Below are positions 47,053 through 60,412 of a stretch of 64,000 nucleotides of DNA, one piece after another. Origin of the DNA: Escherichia coli phage phiS; sequence record PP449093.1, one strand, 5' to 3'. A model generated the notes under the pieces. That model was not told where the DNA came from, made no database searches, and saw only the letters and a program-made list of their open reading frames with translations. Numbering within the stretch: the first letter of the stretch is position 1; each line of letters begins with the position of its first letter. Both the position numbers and the translations under genes were made by a program.

Positions 47053-47613
47053 TTAATCTAATAATTCCCAGACGTCAATACTATTTTTAGTGTATTTCTG
47101 TCTATTGTTTTCCCATGTGATTATTTCTAAATTCTTTATGCCGCCTATGATATGCGGCGGGATGTGATTATCAAATCCATAACGTATAGAAACTTTATGG
47201 TCTAGTTGATATGCACCTTTTTTACCACACATTCCTAACTTATCGGCATTTTCCCATTTAGACCATATTGGCTTATGTTTTCGTGTCTCTGAATAAACAC
47301 GGGCTTTATATTCCGCCAATTTATCCTTATCAGTTTTCCATCTTGGGTGATTTTCACCGCTAACGTGAGGGCGATGTGTGTTTTTTGTTTTTAACCCAGA
47401 TTTGCGAGATGCATCTTTCTTTGCACAAGAATAACATAAATGAATATCCCTTTTCATTAAAATTTGAAACTGTCTTTCAAATTTAGACCCGCATTCATCG
47501 CAAATACAATTTACTTTTTTATTACTATTGATCGGTAGATTTTCTACAGGAACTTCAATAATAGAAAATGGTTTAACTTCATATCCTAAATGCTCTGTCC
47601 ATCTTTTAGACAT
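47053..47613 (-). CDS. Free-standing HNH-type homing endonuclease inserted between genes 18 and 19
   Basis: Zn-ribbon CICDECG ... CYSC and HNH-like QLDHKVSIRYGFDNHIPPHIIGG...NLEIITWENN; start moved to ATG 47613 (TATAAATG box and RBS upstream); the longer ORF-track start overlaps gene 18. Confidence 0.6.
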   Translation of the reverse strand: MSKRWTEHLGYEVKPFSIIEVPVENLPINSNKKVNCICDECGSKFERQFQILMKRDIHLCYSCAKKDASRKSGLKTKNTHRPHVSGENHPRWKTDKDKLAEYKARVYSETRKHKPIWSKWENADKLGMCGKKGAYQLDHKVSIRYGFDNHIPPHIIGGIKNLEIITWENNRQKYTKNSIDVWELLD

Positions 47614-47704
47614 TGCTCTTACATTTATAAAGACCGGTTTAGTAGTAATCACATGGGAATCCTCGCTTGTTAATGGGGGGAGTTGACCTCCCCCTTCATT
47701 AATG

Positions 47705-49705
47705 TTATGCTTGGTTGGGTGGACCGATAATTTCGTCAAAATCAGCACCAGTTGCAACAGCCGTGAAGTTCAATAGAATGTAGTTAATCGATTTTGCTGG
47801 TTTGATGAACATACTGGCAACAAATTCGTTACGATCAATTACATCCGGCGTGTTATTCGTGGTGTCGCATTGTACTCGGAAGTCATAAATGCCGCCCAGA
47901 GAGCGAATCGTGCTGAGATATTGCGAAACCTCCATACGGAAGGAAGCGCGAGTAAAGTTATCGTTGTTTTCAAACAGTTTGTATTTGCTTGAATCGCCGA
48001 TATTCTTTTTCAGCATGTTAAACAGACGACGAACGTTAATGCGGTCAAACGGGCTAGGAACAGTCGTAGCGGTTTTATCACCCATCAGGATAAACCCTTC
48101 ACCACCAGCACCGATCACCGGGTTAATTGCGGACTGATACAGACGATCGCGGTGCGCTTTGCGAGGCTCAATTGCCAGTTTAACCACGTTCATGATCTGA
48201 CCACGGTTATAACCTGCCGGACTCATCCACGGCTGGGATACAGCATCAGTACGAGCGCACAGACCAGCAATATCAGCAGCCAACGGAACCCAACGGTTTA
48301 CGTCGTTGTATTTGTCATACTGATATTTGTAGTTACCATCAATAACCGCGTAAGTGGTATTAATGTTCATGTTGTTTTCATTATAGTTTCCTGAACCTTC
48401 GCGCCATGCAATCAGGTTATCAATTGCGGTAGTCACCGGAATATTAACAACAGTGCTACGCGGCGGAGAAACCATTACTAAGCAATCCTGACGCTCATCA
48501 CCGATGGAAACAGCATGTTTCTGTACGGTAGAGAACGCATCGCCTTCGCCAGCACATGCACCAGCGATCAACAGGTTTACGTGAATAGATTCACGTTCAG
48601 CAAACAGATCCCAACCTTGCATCATCGCACCGATGAACGGATCAGCACCAACTCCACCAGTCGTTGCTTCGTTAGCAGAAACACCACCAGCAAGAGAGAT
48701 AATACCACTGAAACCATCTACCCACCCTTGAGCGGTTGCATAGATGTACTGGCTAGAACCACGAGCAAAGAAGTCGTCCATGTAGATAGAATTGCCGTAT
48801 ACGTCTTTATCCCCTTTCAGAGTAGACAGTACATAGGATTCTACCACAACACCATCGCGACGAACAATAAATGCATATTGATTATCATTCTGCGGTGCAT
48901 ATGGAATCAGGTTGCGTGCTGCGGTGCGCTCGCCACCATAAGGATACATGGTCAGATCCGGTGCAGTATTCTTAAACGCACTACGTGCCAGAATTTCAAC
49001 TTCCAGAGAGTTACCAATCTCACCAGCATAGATCGCGCTTACCGCTGGCATGTCATATTTCTTGAGTTTAGTCAAGAAAGTTTGACTTGTGATATTGGCA
49101 CGGGAAGTTTCCAGATCCGTTAAGAGAAGACCGGAATCGGTAACAATTTTAGTTACTGACAGCGCCGCACTACCGTTACCTGACGAAGAAGTGAACTCTG
49201 CCGTCCAACCTCCATCAAGTTCTGGATATACACCGATTGCTTTAGCGTGAGCGATAATTTTACCAGTTGGGATAAATACGCCCTTAACTTTACCATCACC
49301 ATCAACTTTAGTTACTTTACCTGCCGTTTCAATCTCTTGACGGTTATGTTTAATCTTGATGGTATCGCCTACTTTATAGTTTGAACCTTCGTTTGTGATT
49401 TCAAACTCTACGTTACCAGCTAGGGCAGTTGCGTTTTTTGCTTTTTCTTTATTGAGTACACGAACAACACGCAGGTCATTGCCATACTGGAGGAAGTTAG
49501 CCCCGCTCATGAAATAGTCTGCGGTGTTATTATCCGGCTGACCAAATTTATTAACTAATTCAACTTCATTAGTTACTTGAATAATCTGGAAAGCTGGACC
49601 CCATTGGAATTTACCCACCAGTGCCGCGCGACCAGTCGCAGATTGCACAATGGTAGTGGAGAGAGTAGTTTCTTTCGTTTCGAAACCCGGTGATAATAGA
49701 GTCAT
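47705..49705 (-). CDS. 18: Tail sheath protein gp18
   Basis: 666 aa; position. Confidence 0.9.
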   Translation of the reverse strand: MTLLSPGFETKETTLSTTIVQSATGRAALVGKFQWGPAFQIIQVTNEVELVNKFGQPDNNTADYFMSGANFLQYGNDLRVVRVLNKEKAKNATALAGNVEFEITNEGSNYKVGDTIKIKHNRQEIETAGKVTKVDGDGKVKGVFIPTGKIIAHAKAIGVYPELDGGWTAEFTSSSGNGSAALSVTKIVTDSGLLLTDLETSRANITSQTFLTKLKKYDMPAVSAIYAGEIGNSLEVEILARSAFKNTAPDLTMYPYGGERTAARNLIPYAPQNDNQYAFIVRRDGVVVESYVLSTLKGDKDVYGNSIYMDDFFARGSSQYIYATAQGWVDGFSGIISLAGGVSANEATTGGVGADPFIGAMMQGWDLFAERESIHVNLLIAGACAGEGDAFSTVQKHAVSIGDERQDCLVMVSPPRSTVVNIPVTTAIDNLIAWREGSGNYNENNMNINTTYAVIDGNYKYQYDKYNDVNRWVPLAADIAGLCARTDAVSQPWMSPAGYNRGQIMNVVKLAIEPRKAHRDRLYQSAINPVIGAGGEGFILMGDKTATTVPSPFDRINVRRLFNMLKKNIGDSSKYKLFENNDNFTRASFRMEVSQYLSTIRSLGGIYDFRVQCDTTNNTPDVIDRNEFVASMFIKPAKSINYILLNFTAVATGADFDEIIGPPNQA

Positions 49706-49736
49706 TAGAATTTCCTCATCTTTTTATGCATTATCG

Positions 49737-53345
<3,609 letters not shown>

Positions 53346-53358
53346 AATAAATTACCTC

Positions 53359-54192
53359 TTAAAATTCTCTTACAATACGTGGACCCGGTGGAGTCGGTGC
53401 AACTGGTATTGGAATATCACTAGAATATGATTCTTTGATAGTTCCGTCCCATTCTTCTTGCTCGACGTCACGTTTAACGACCTCGTGATCCACAGATTCA
53501 AAATTACCGCTAGGATTTAATTCACGAGAATTAGCATGAAAATCAAGATAAATCGTTCTGATTTCCCCCTTAACGTCGGTAGCTGGAGGATAGATAAACC
53601 CGATGAACTCAAACATAATGGTCCACTCAAGACGACGACGAGAAAACTTATCTTCGCCTACCTGTTCATCTGGAGTAATAGAACTAATTGTGACCTGAAT
53701 ATCTCGATCAATCCATACATCATTACCGTGTAGTTCTTTAATCTTACAGTTAAAATGAGGCTGGAAGTAAGGAAGAATCTGTTCAATTATCTGAAACATA
53801 TCATCTTCGTTACGTGTATAAATCCCCAGCTCGAAGGTAAACTTATATGGTACAGGATTATATTGTGTCACACTCCTGATACCATCAGCCGTATATTTTG
53901 GTACTGTCTTATTTGCAATATTTGTTTTAAAGTTCTGGGCGTATGTCATATCAATCAAAGAAAGACACATACGAGGTAAAATAGTTTCTACCTTTGCTAC
54001 GTCTTCCTCGCTTAAGATATTGTTATATTTGTCCAGACTCATCATGAATTTTTCTTTCTTTGCGTAGGTGATAGGAACTTTAATAAAACGCTCACCGTCA
54101 CTACGCACCCTTTTAATTTGTACGCCGGAGAATAAATTACCCAGCAATACAATATATCTTCTAATTGACGAATTATAGTGCCAACCGAACAT
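53359..54192 (-). CDS. 15: Tail sheath stabiliser / tail completion protein gp15
   Basis: N-terminus MFGWHYNSSIRRY and YFQPHFN blocks resemble T4 gp15; AAGGGGG RBS. Confidence 0.8.
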   Translation of the reverse strand: MFGWHYNSSIRRYIVLLGNLFSGVQIKRVRSDGERFIKVPITYAKKEKFMMSLDKYNNILSEEDVAKVETILPRMCLSLIDMTYAQNFKTNIANKTVPKYTADGIRSVTQYNPVPYKFTFELGIYTRNEDDMFQIIEQILPYFQPHFNCKIKELHGNDVWIDRDIQVTISSITPDEQVGEDKFSRRRLEWTIMFEFIGFIYPPATDVKGEIRTIYLDFHANSRELNPSGNFESVDHEVVKRDVEQEEWDGTIKESYSSDIPIPVAPTPPGPRIVREF

Positions 54193-54218
54193 TTGACCCC
54201 CTTGTTTATGAGTATTTA

Positions 54219-54959
54219 TCAAAAATTAGCAAAAGGTGAACCAGTGCCATTAATAGGATCAAACGGGTCAATAAAATCTTGTCCTTCGCTTCTGAATTGC
54301 TTATCTTCTTTGTACTGATCTAAGTTGATATCTGTTAACCCGTCCAGATTAGTGATCGGTGCAAGGTCCAGATCCGCAAACTCATCAACATTAATTCCCT
54401 CATTGCGTTGTAATTCTGGTCGCAATTCCTCACCGCTATACACGAATTTCTCTGCAATAATTTTACGCATGGCATTTTTGCCAGCCTGAAAAAACGGCTG
54501 ATATGGCTCTACATATGAGATTTCAAATAAATCATTGCTCATAGGAATGTAAAACAAATCACCGGATTTAGGCTCTTGGTTATCTACTTGATGTTTAAAT
54601 AAATTTGGATTTATAGTTATGGTTAACTCATCATTAGCGGTATAACCGAAAGATTGAAAGAAATTGCCAGCACCCTCATACCCATCGAAAGAATTTATGT
54701 ATGCTGCAAACTTCCACGCCTTAGTGAATTTGCTTTGCACGTCCTCCCCAAATATCATATCAGGTTTCACAAATTCTCTCGGTATGTAGTACATCTCGAC
54801 GCCGCGCATTTGTATAGACTCGGCAACCATAATATCGGCTAGAGTTTGTGTATTTGTATGTGAATTGAAATTCACATAAGGATTGAGAATTTCTGTTTGT
54901 CTAGTGTTCTCATAATCCTTCTGTGACTCCAATCTGGCAAATAATGTAGAGTCAAACAT
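54219..54959 (-). CDS. 14: Neck protein gp14
   Basis: 246 aa; LNPYVNFN and KNEGINV blocks. Confidence 0.75.
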   Translation of the reverse strand: MFDSTLFARLESQKDYENTRQTEILNPYVNFNSHTNTQTLADIMVAESIQMRGVEMYYIPREFVKPDMIFGEDVQSKFTKAWKFAAYINSFDGYEGAGNFFQSFGYTANDELTITINPNLFKHQVDNQEPKSGDLFYIPMSNDLFEISYVEPYQPFFQAGKNAMRKIIAEKFVYSGEELRPELQRNEGINVDEFADLDLAPITNLDGLTDINLDQYKEDKQFRSEGQDFIDPFDPINGTGSPFANF

Positions 54960-55536
54960 AATAAAACTCCTTCCATTTTTCTGCGGTTGACTTTACTCGT
55001 TTCCTCATAGAAGCGGCTGATATCCCATACTTTCTACAACATTCTTGAGTGGTTAAGTATAGAACACCTTCTGCCATAATTTTTCTTGCGCCTTTAAAAT
55101 TTTCCCAATCTCTATTTCTATTTTTTGCCGATTGACTCATTTTATTTTTAGTCTCGTCTGAGTGAGATTCTCTTTTTCGACTGGATGCTTTTTCAGATAT
55201 TTTTCTTCTTGCTTCATTTTTGGTTTCTTCGTCCATGTCATCCCACAAAGAACCTCTATTCACTCCACCCAGAGCAATATTATATGTATCTTCTCTTTCT
55301 ACAAATTCCTTAGTCACTATCTTTTTTTCTGCTAAAGCTAGTTCTTCTAACGTGTTGTGTGTGGAAAGAATAGTTTTTGTGAAGTTCTCTATTCCATACT
55401 TTTTTATTGCTCTTTTAATTCGTTTTCCGCTCCCCCAATAAGAATCCTTTTCTATTGGTTTTCTGGACGTTCTCATACCAACATAGACCATCCCATTTAA
55501 ATTATTTGTTATTTGATATAGATAATAATATGCCAT
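54952..55536 (-). CDS. GIY-YIG homing endonuclease (Seg-like) inserted between genes 13 and 14
   Basis: GIY-YIG core [20 protein letters not shown]...YWGSG; K/R-rich NUMOD3-like repeats; C-terminal HTH-like. Confidence 0.7.
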   Translation of the reverse strand: MAYYYLYQITNNLNGMVYVGMRTSRKPIEKDSYWGSGKRIKRAIKKYGIENFTKTILSTHNTLEELALAEKKIVTKEFVEREDTYNIALGGVNRGSLWDDMDEETKNEARRKISEKASSRKRESHSDETKNKMSQSAKNRNRDWENFKGARKIMAEGVLYLTTQECCRKYGISAASMRKRVKSTAEKWKEFYYV

Positions 55537-55603
55537 ATGATTCTCCTTTTTATGTTCTCGTCAGATCATACACTAACGAGAACATATTAGTCAACACATT
55601 TAA

Positions 55604-56536
55604 TCAAATCATGAGGATGCCGAACGGAGGATCTAATAATTCTAGTTCTTGTCGCAATTTCTCAATGTCGGCTCGTGCTTCTTCAATGATTCGGATACCA
55701 TCAACAGTGACACCACCGGGTAATTGCAGACCTTGATGTTTAGCCATGATGGACCCCCAAACCTCCTTAGTGAAGGCGGTGGCCATATCTTTCACCCAAC
55801 GGTTATTATATGCGCCCTGCTTGTTCTCACTGATCGGTCCCATGCCAGCAACAATCCCGCTTAAACCAGCAGTTGGGTTATCATAAACGGCGCTAATCCC
55901 GCCAGCGGTAGAACATCCTCCCGCATGAGCATAACCAGCAACCGCACCGATCATATCAGGAACGTCTATATAGCTTTTAACATATAATTCAACAACAATG
56001 AGATCACCTTCTCGGAAGTTTCCTGTAATCTTAAGTTGTCCGTTTGCGCTATTATACCAATAATCTGGAAGCGGATTGAGCATATTTTGCATAGTTGCGC
56101 GATAGCTCATAAGCTGTTCGAAATATCCCAGATCACCGCCCATTGCATTTGGACCATAAAATTTACTACAGCCAGATCCTAAACCGCCATTTACACCCGC
56201 TAAACCCAACAGAAAGTCAGTAAACCACGGATAAACGGCAGTGCCATCCATCGTAGCCGCGCTACCTACGTTTGTTCGAATTATTTTAGTTACTGCGAAT
56301 ACTCCAGAATCGCTTAAATCAAATACCCCGTGTTGCGCTTGCTCTGCACTAACACGAAATACTTTATATCCTTTATTCACACCATCGAAATGATATTCCC
56401 CATAGAGTTCTAGTGCTCTCTGAATACAATCGTAAATCTGGTCTTCTGTGACTTCTACGTTAATTACTGGTGCGCCTAAACGACGCAGAATAGCGTCTTT
56501 TAATTCTCTTGGGTTATTGGTTACATATCCTGACAT
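55604..56536 (-). CDS. 13: Neck protein gp13
   Basis: 310 aa; position. Confidence 0.75.
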   Translation of the reverse strand: MSGYVTNNPRELKDAILRRLGAPVINVEVTEDQIYDCIQRALELYGEYHFDGVNKGYKVFRVSAEQAQHGVFDLSDSGVFAVTKIIRTNVGSAATMDGTAVYPWFTDFLLGLAGVNGGLGSGCSKFYGPNAMGGDLGYFEQLMSYRATMQNMLNPLPDYWYNSANGQLKITGNFREGDLIVVELYVKSYIDVPDMIGAVAGYAHAGGCSTAGGISAVYDNPTAGLSGIVAGMGPISENKQGAYNNRWVKDMATAFTKEVWGSIMAKHQGLQLPGGVTVDGIRIIEEARADIEKLRQELELLDPPFGILMI

Positions 56537-56582
56537 AATATCACCTATAAACGGAAAAGGGGCTTAACGCCCCTTTAATTTC

Positions 56583-58352
56583 TTATACCGGAGAAATTCC
56601 AAAGAGGAACTCTTTAATTTGTAGCTGTTGCGCTAATGCTTCTTCGGATACGCCCTTAATGCGAATATCGATCCGGTCGCCCTTTTCAATATTTAGGAAA
56701 GCACTGGTAGAATAGCTAATTAAATCATCAGGTCCATAATGACCATTTCGTACCTCATGTACAATCAGACCATTTTTAGCAATACCGACTACGAAAGTAG
56801 CGTTATGTGCCGCATTTACAGAACAACGGAAATCACAACGGAATAAGCCTTTGTCGTTAACCGTAACAAGAGATTCGCTCTTAACCATTCCACGCGCAGG
56901 AACTTCTTCGGTCATATCGTTTAGCGGGATTCCTTTGTATTGATCTTGTCCGTCGAGAGTAATATCAATCTGAGCGGTGTTTTTAAATGCACCAGCCGCC
57001 CATGCGACCTGAACCCATTCCCCGTGCTTACGTAGATAATGGAAACCATCATCAGGAACGTCTGTTACCTTGCTTGCATTTGATGTGCTCAATTCCTTAA
57101 CAGTTTTCACGATCCCATCTTGTTCAAGCTGCGTGCTTCCTTCTGGATTGCCGTACATGTCGCTTGACAGCTTAATAACCCCGGCGGTTAGACCGGAATC
57201 TCGATCTCCGATCATTTGCTCGATATCCTGTACGCTAGCTTCTAGTCGTCCCTGTGTATTTTCTACAATTTTTAGACGACCTGCGATAGTATGACGCTCA
57301 CTATCAGTACCAACTGTGTTAGAGATTCGTGCAACCTCACCACGTAGACCATCAGCACCACTAACACCGACAATAGATTTAAGATCTACAAATTCCCGTT
57401 CTTGATTAGTCAATCGATAATCAATACTTCCAGCGGCTTGAGGACTGCCAATCGTATTTTCCAGAAGAGTTAAACGAGGACGGATACCAGCGTCAACCCC
57501 GTTGACTTCATCATTAAGCTGTGTATAATCAGATTGTAGCTTAGTTACTTTAGTACCGATATCAGGAATTGATTCAAATAGAATCGCTTTCTTTACTTCC
57601 TGAACTTCGTTTGATATACTAGCGATATTGCGAGTATTTGTGCGAAGACGAAGATAAACATTGTCCTGTGTTGCTAGTGATGTGTCGCCTAGCTCGCTTC
57701 GCATTTTGTTAACTTGTTCTGTTAGCTCTCCAACGTCAGAATCTTGCCAGTCGTTTTCTAGTTGGCGGATTCGCTGACCGTGGTTGTTTAATGCTTCCGT
57801 ATTCTGGATAACTCGATATTTGATACCGGAACCGGAACTACCCGGATCTGGAGAGCCGTTGATATTGAAGTTAGGGAAAGCGCCCAATTCTTGTTTGATG
57901 AAAGAAATATCATCATATATTGTTCGTGTACTCGGATCTGCTGCCGGACGAACACCAATTTTCTTTCCTGTCTCTGCCAGTTCATCTACTGTGGTTTGTA
58001 ATGTCCTTGAAGTTTCTCCTAAATTTTCTTCTACAGACTCAACCTTTGAAATAGTTTGATTGACAATATCAATAATACTACCATCAGCAACCGCGCCTAA
58101 AGTAGTTTTAATATCATTAACTGCTGTAACAACTTCGTTAACTTTTGTTACCGTTGTCTTAGAATTTTCATCCAGACGAACAATATTTTCTTGAATAGCA
58201 TAAGGGGCGCGGTTAAGCGTCCCCTCATGTCCTGTTTCTGTGGTTGCTGCGCTTAGACATTCACCATTTTTAATCCAGCTAATAGAATGCTGTCCCTCTC
58301 CAGGGACACCATCGACGTTAGGGATCTTTCGAATGTTTAACTGTTCGATCAT
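56583..58352 (-). CDS. wac: Fibritin (whisker, wac-like) with an extra C-terminal domain
   Basis: Long heptad-repeat region; foldon-like GFHYLRKHGEWVQV; about 140 aa more after it. Confidence 0.6.
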   Translation of the reverse strand: MIEQLNIRKIPNVDGVPGEGQHSISWIKNGECLSAATTETGHEGTLNRAPYAIQENIVRLDENSKTTVTKVNEVVTAVNDIKTTLGAVADGSIIDIVNQTISKVESVEENLGETSRTLQTTVDELAETGKKIGVRPAADPSTRTIYDDISFIKQELGAFPNFNINGSPDPGSSGSGIKYRVIQNTEALNNHGQRIRQLENDWQDSDVGELTEQVNKMRSELGDTSLATQDNVYLRLRTNTRNIASISNEVQEVKKAILFESIPDIGTKVTKLQSDYTQLNDEVNGVDAGIRPRLTLLENTIGSPQAAGSIDYRLTNQEREFVDLKSIVGVSGADGLRGEVARISNTVGTDSERHTIAGRLKIVENTQGRLEASVQDIEQMIGDRDSGLTAGVIKLSSDMYGNPEGSTQLEQDGIVKTVKELSTSNASKVTDVPDDGFHYLRKHGEWVQVAWAAGAFKNTAQIDITLDGQDQYKGIPLNDMTEEVPARGMVKSESLVTVNDKGLFRCDFRCSVNAAHNATFVVGIAKNGLIVHEVRNGHYGPDDLISYSTSAFLNIEKGDRIDIRIKGVSEEALAQQLQIKEFLFGISPV

Positions 58353-59755
58353 TATTGTACCCTTATCATGTAGTTTAATGCAAGGCTTTTAACGCGAGTT
58401 TCGCCAGACGTTCTAACCTGTCTTGCGCTGTCAAAGTTAACAATACTACCCCAATCATCACCACCACCGTTTTTATAGTTCGTGCTCCATTGACCACCTG
58501 TGATGGAAAATGCACCACCAGTCCAACCGCGCCAACGGTTAGCTACAGGGAAGTTACCTGTCATATGTTGCATGGTGTCGTCTTGATAAGTACCAAATCC
58601 ACGACCTGGGTCTAGTCCTCGACCGTGGTCGCATCCTCTAGCAACAAGCCCTCGCATATCGGGTAGAGCAAAGTTGTCTCCGCCATCTCCGCCGTAAGTG
58701 AAACCGATTCGTGAAAATAATACTGGATATTGGTGTTTATTTAACCATTGACCGTTACAGATTTTGAATTGTGCGTGGTCGAAACTGTTAAATGCTGTAA
58801 GAATGATGCCACCAATAGGCATACAAAGACCATCCAGTTCATTTTTAATGATAAACTGGTTTCCGTCGCCTCCGCTATGACGATACACATCACCAGTAAC
58901 GACACCACCACTTAGAGGCAATACACGAGCATTTGCCGACAGTGCTGTGTTTGCCTCGCCTGATCCTGGGTTATCTGTTAGCTTAACAACACCGAATTGT
59001 CCAGTGGTTGCTTTAGTGTTCGCAAATTTTTGTGCTGATACTACTACTGTGTTGTCATTGCCGTCAATCATTTGTTGGGATGAGGCAATTTTAACAGTAC
59101 CCGCCTGATTTTCATTGGCTCTTGCGTTGGAAAATGCATATGGACTAACGGCAAATCCTTCTCTGATAGTACCAGCAAGCGTTTGTTGGCTTGTCGCCAG
59201 TCTAACTAAACCCTCACGGGACTCGGTCGCCGTGTTTTGTTCTGGAATCAACCCAGGAACAATCTGAGCAATAGCAGCGTGCATCTTTTTAGGCGTTACT
59301 GCCATAGTGTCATCGCTACCTATTTTTGCCGCATCCATAGAACAGATTTTAATTGTACCCTGTACGGTTTCCGTTGCTTTCTTGTTCTCGAATACATGGG
59401 TTAATGTATCAGGACCAATTGCAATATTTGGAGTATCGCCCATAGCTTCATCGTTATTAGCATAGCGAGTGATCCCTTTGACAAGTTTTGTTGCGTCCGG
59501 TCTTGACAGCTTAACAGCCAATGTTTTTGGGGTAACAATTTTAGTTCCATCCAACCCATCATCTACTTCTTGTTGAGTAGCAATTTCAGCAATACCCGCT
59601 GTTTCTTCGGTTGCCGTTGGAAGACCTGCAATCGCAAATCCCTGAATAGCGGCTAATGCCGCTTGTACGTTTTTTATATTGCTAGGCCAATTTCCGGTAG
59701 GGTCAAACTTAACATACTGTGCATCGTCTTTTACGTGATTAATAGTGTTATTCAT
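58352..59755 (-). CDS. 12: Short tail fibre gp12
   Basis: N-terminal repeats (ETAGIAEIATQQEVDDG, ETVQGTIKICS, REGLVRLATSQQ, QAGTVKIASSQQ) typical of gp12. Confidence 0.75.
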   Translation of the reverse strand: MNNTINHVKDDAQYVKFDPTGNWPSNIKNVQAALAAIQGFAIAGLPTATEETAGIAEIATQQEVDDGLDGTKIVTPKTLAVKLSRPDATKLVKGITRYANNDEAMGDTPNIAIGPDTLTHVFENKKATETVQGTIKICSMDAAKIGSDDTMAVTPKKMHAAIAQIVPGLIPEQNTATESREGLVRLATSQQTLAGTIREGFAVSPYAFSNARANENQAGTVKIASSQQMIDGNDNTVVVSAQKFANTKATTGQFGVVKLTDNPGSGEANTALSANARVLPLSGGVVTGDVYRHSGGDGNQFIIKNELDGLCMPIGGIILTAFNSFDHAQFKICNGQWLNKHQYPVLFSRIGFTYGGDGGDNFALPDMRGLVARGCDHGRGLDPGRGFGTYQDDTMQHMTGNFPVANRWRGWTGGAFSITGGQWSTNYKNGGGDDWGSIVNFDSARQVRTSGETRVKSLALNYMIRVQ

Positions 59756-59766
59756 AATTTTACACC

Positions 59767-60411
59767 TTACGCAATACGCTTAAAATAAAATAGTGTTGAA
59801 TCAAATTTTTCTTCCGTTCCCAATCTGGACCATGCACCATAACCATAACGAGCAGGGGAATTTATTTCCCCACGAACGCTAATACCATATTTTTCTACGA
59901 CCGTTGCTTCGTGTGCGTTTGAATCAATATACTGAATCTCTATTTTATCATTACCAGTGCCTTTCCGCTCAACTTTAGAGAATAAGATACTTTTGTCTTT
60001 CAATTCAGTAAATTTTGTTGTGACCATTTCGCATAATGCAACATTCGATGTTCCAACATTAACAACAAATGGATAACCCAAAACTTCAATTACAACTTTT
60101 GTCGCGGCTGGATCGTGTTTATTTGTTACCGTTCCAGTGAAAGAAAGAGTTTCTATTTGTCCCGCCGCTTCCGGTGGAGTTGAATTTGTAGTTACCAATA
60201 CATCACCGACATTAAGCATAGAAATGCTATACAAATCATCAATGGCTGATTGTACGTTGTTAATAAAAGAACCTTTGCGAGATTGGTCTACGTTTAATCC
60301 ACCAATTGGGCGAATGTCACCAATAATGGGGTCTTTCGACCCCGGATCGTATGAAATGAATGCTGCGTCGCTAGAAAATACGCTTGCTTTAGAACGTGTT
60401 TTAGAAATCAT
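59767..60411 (-). CDS. 11: Baseplate wedge / short tail fibre attachment protein gp11
   Basis: 214 aa; position. Confidence 0.7.
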   Translation of the reverse strand: MISKTRSKASVFSSDAAFISYDPGSKDPIIGDIRPIGGLNVDQSRKGSFINNVQSAIDDLYSISMLNVGDVLVTTNSTPPEAAGQIETLSFTGTVTNKHDPAATKVVIEVLGYPFVVNVGTSNVALCEMVTTKFTELKDKSILFSKVERKGTGNDKIEIQYIDSNAHEATVVEKYGISVRGEINSPARYGYGAWSRLGTEEKFDSTLFYFKRIA

Positions 60412-60412
60412 A

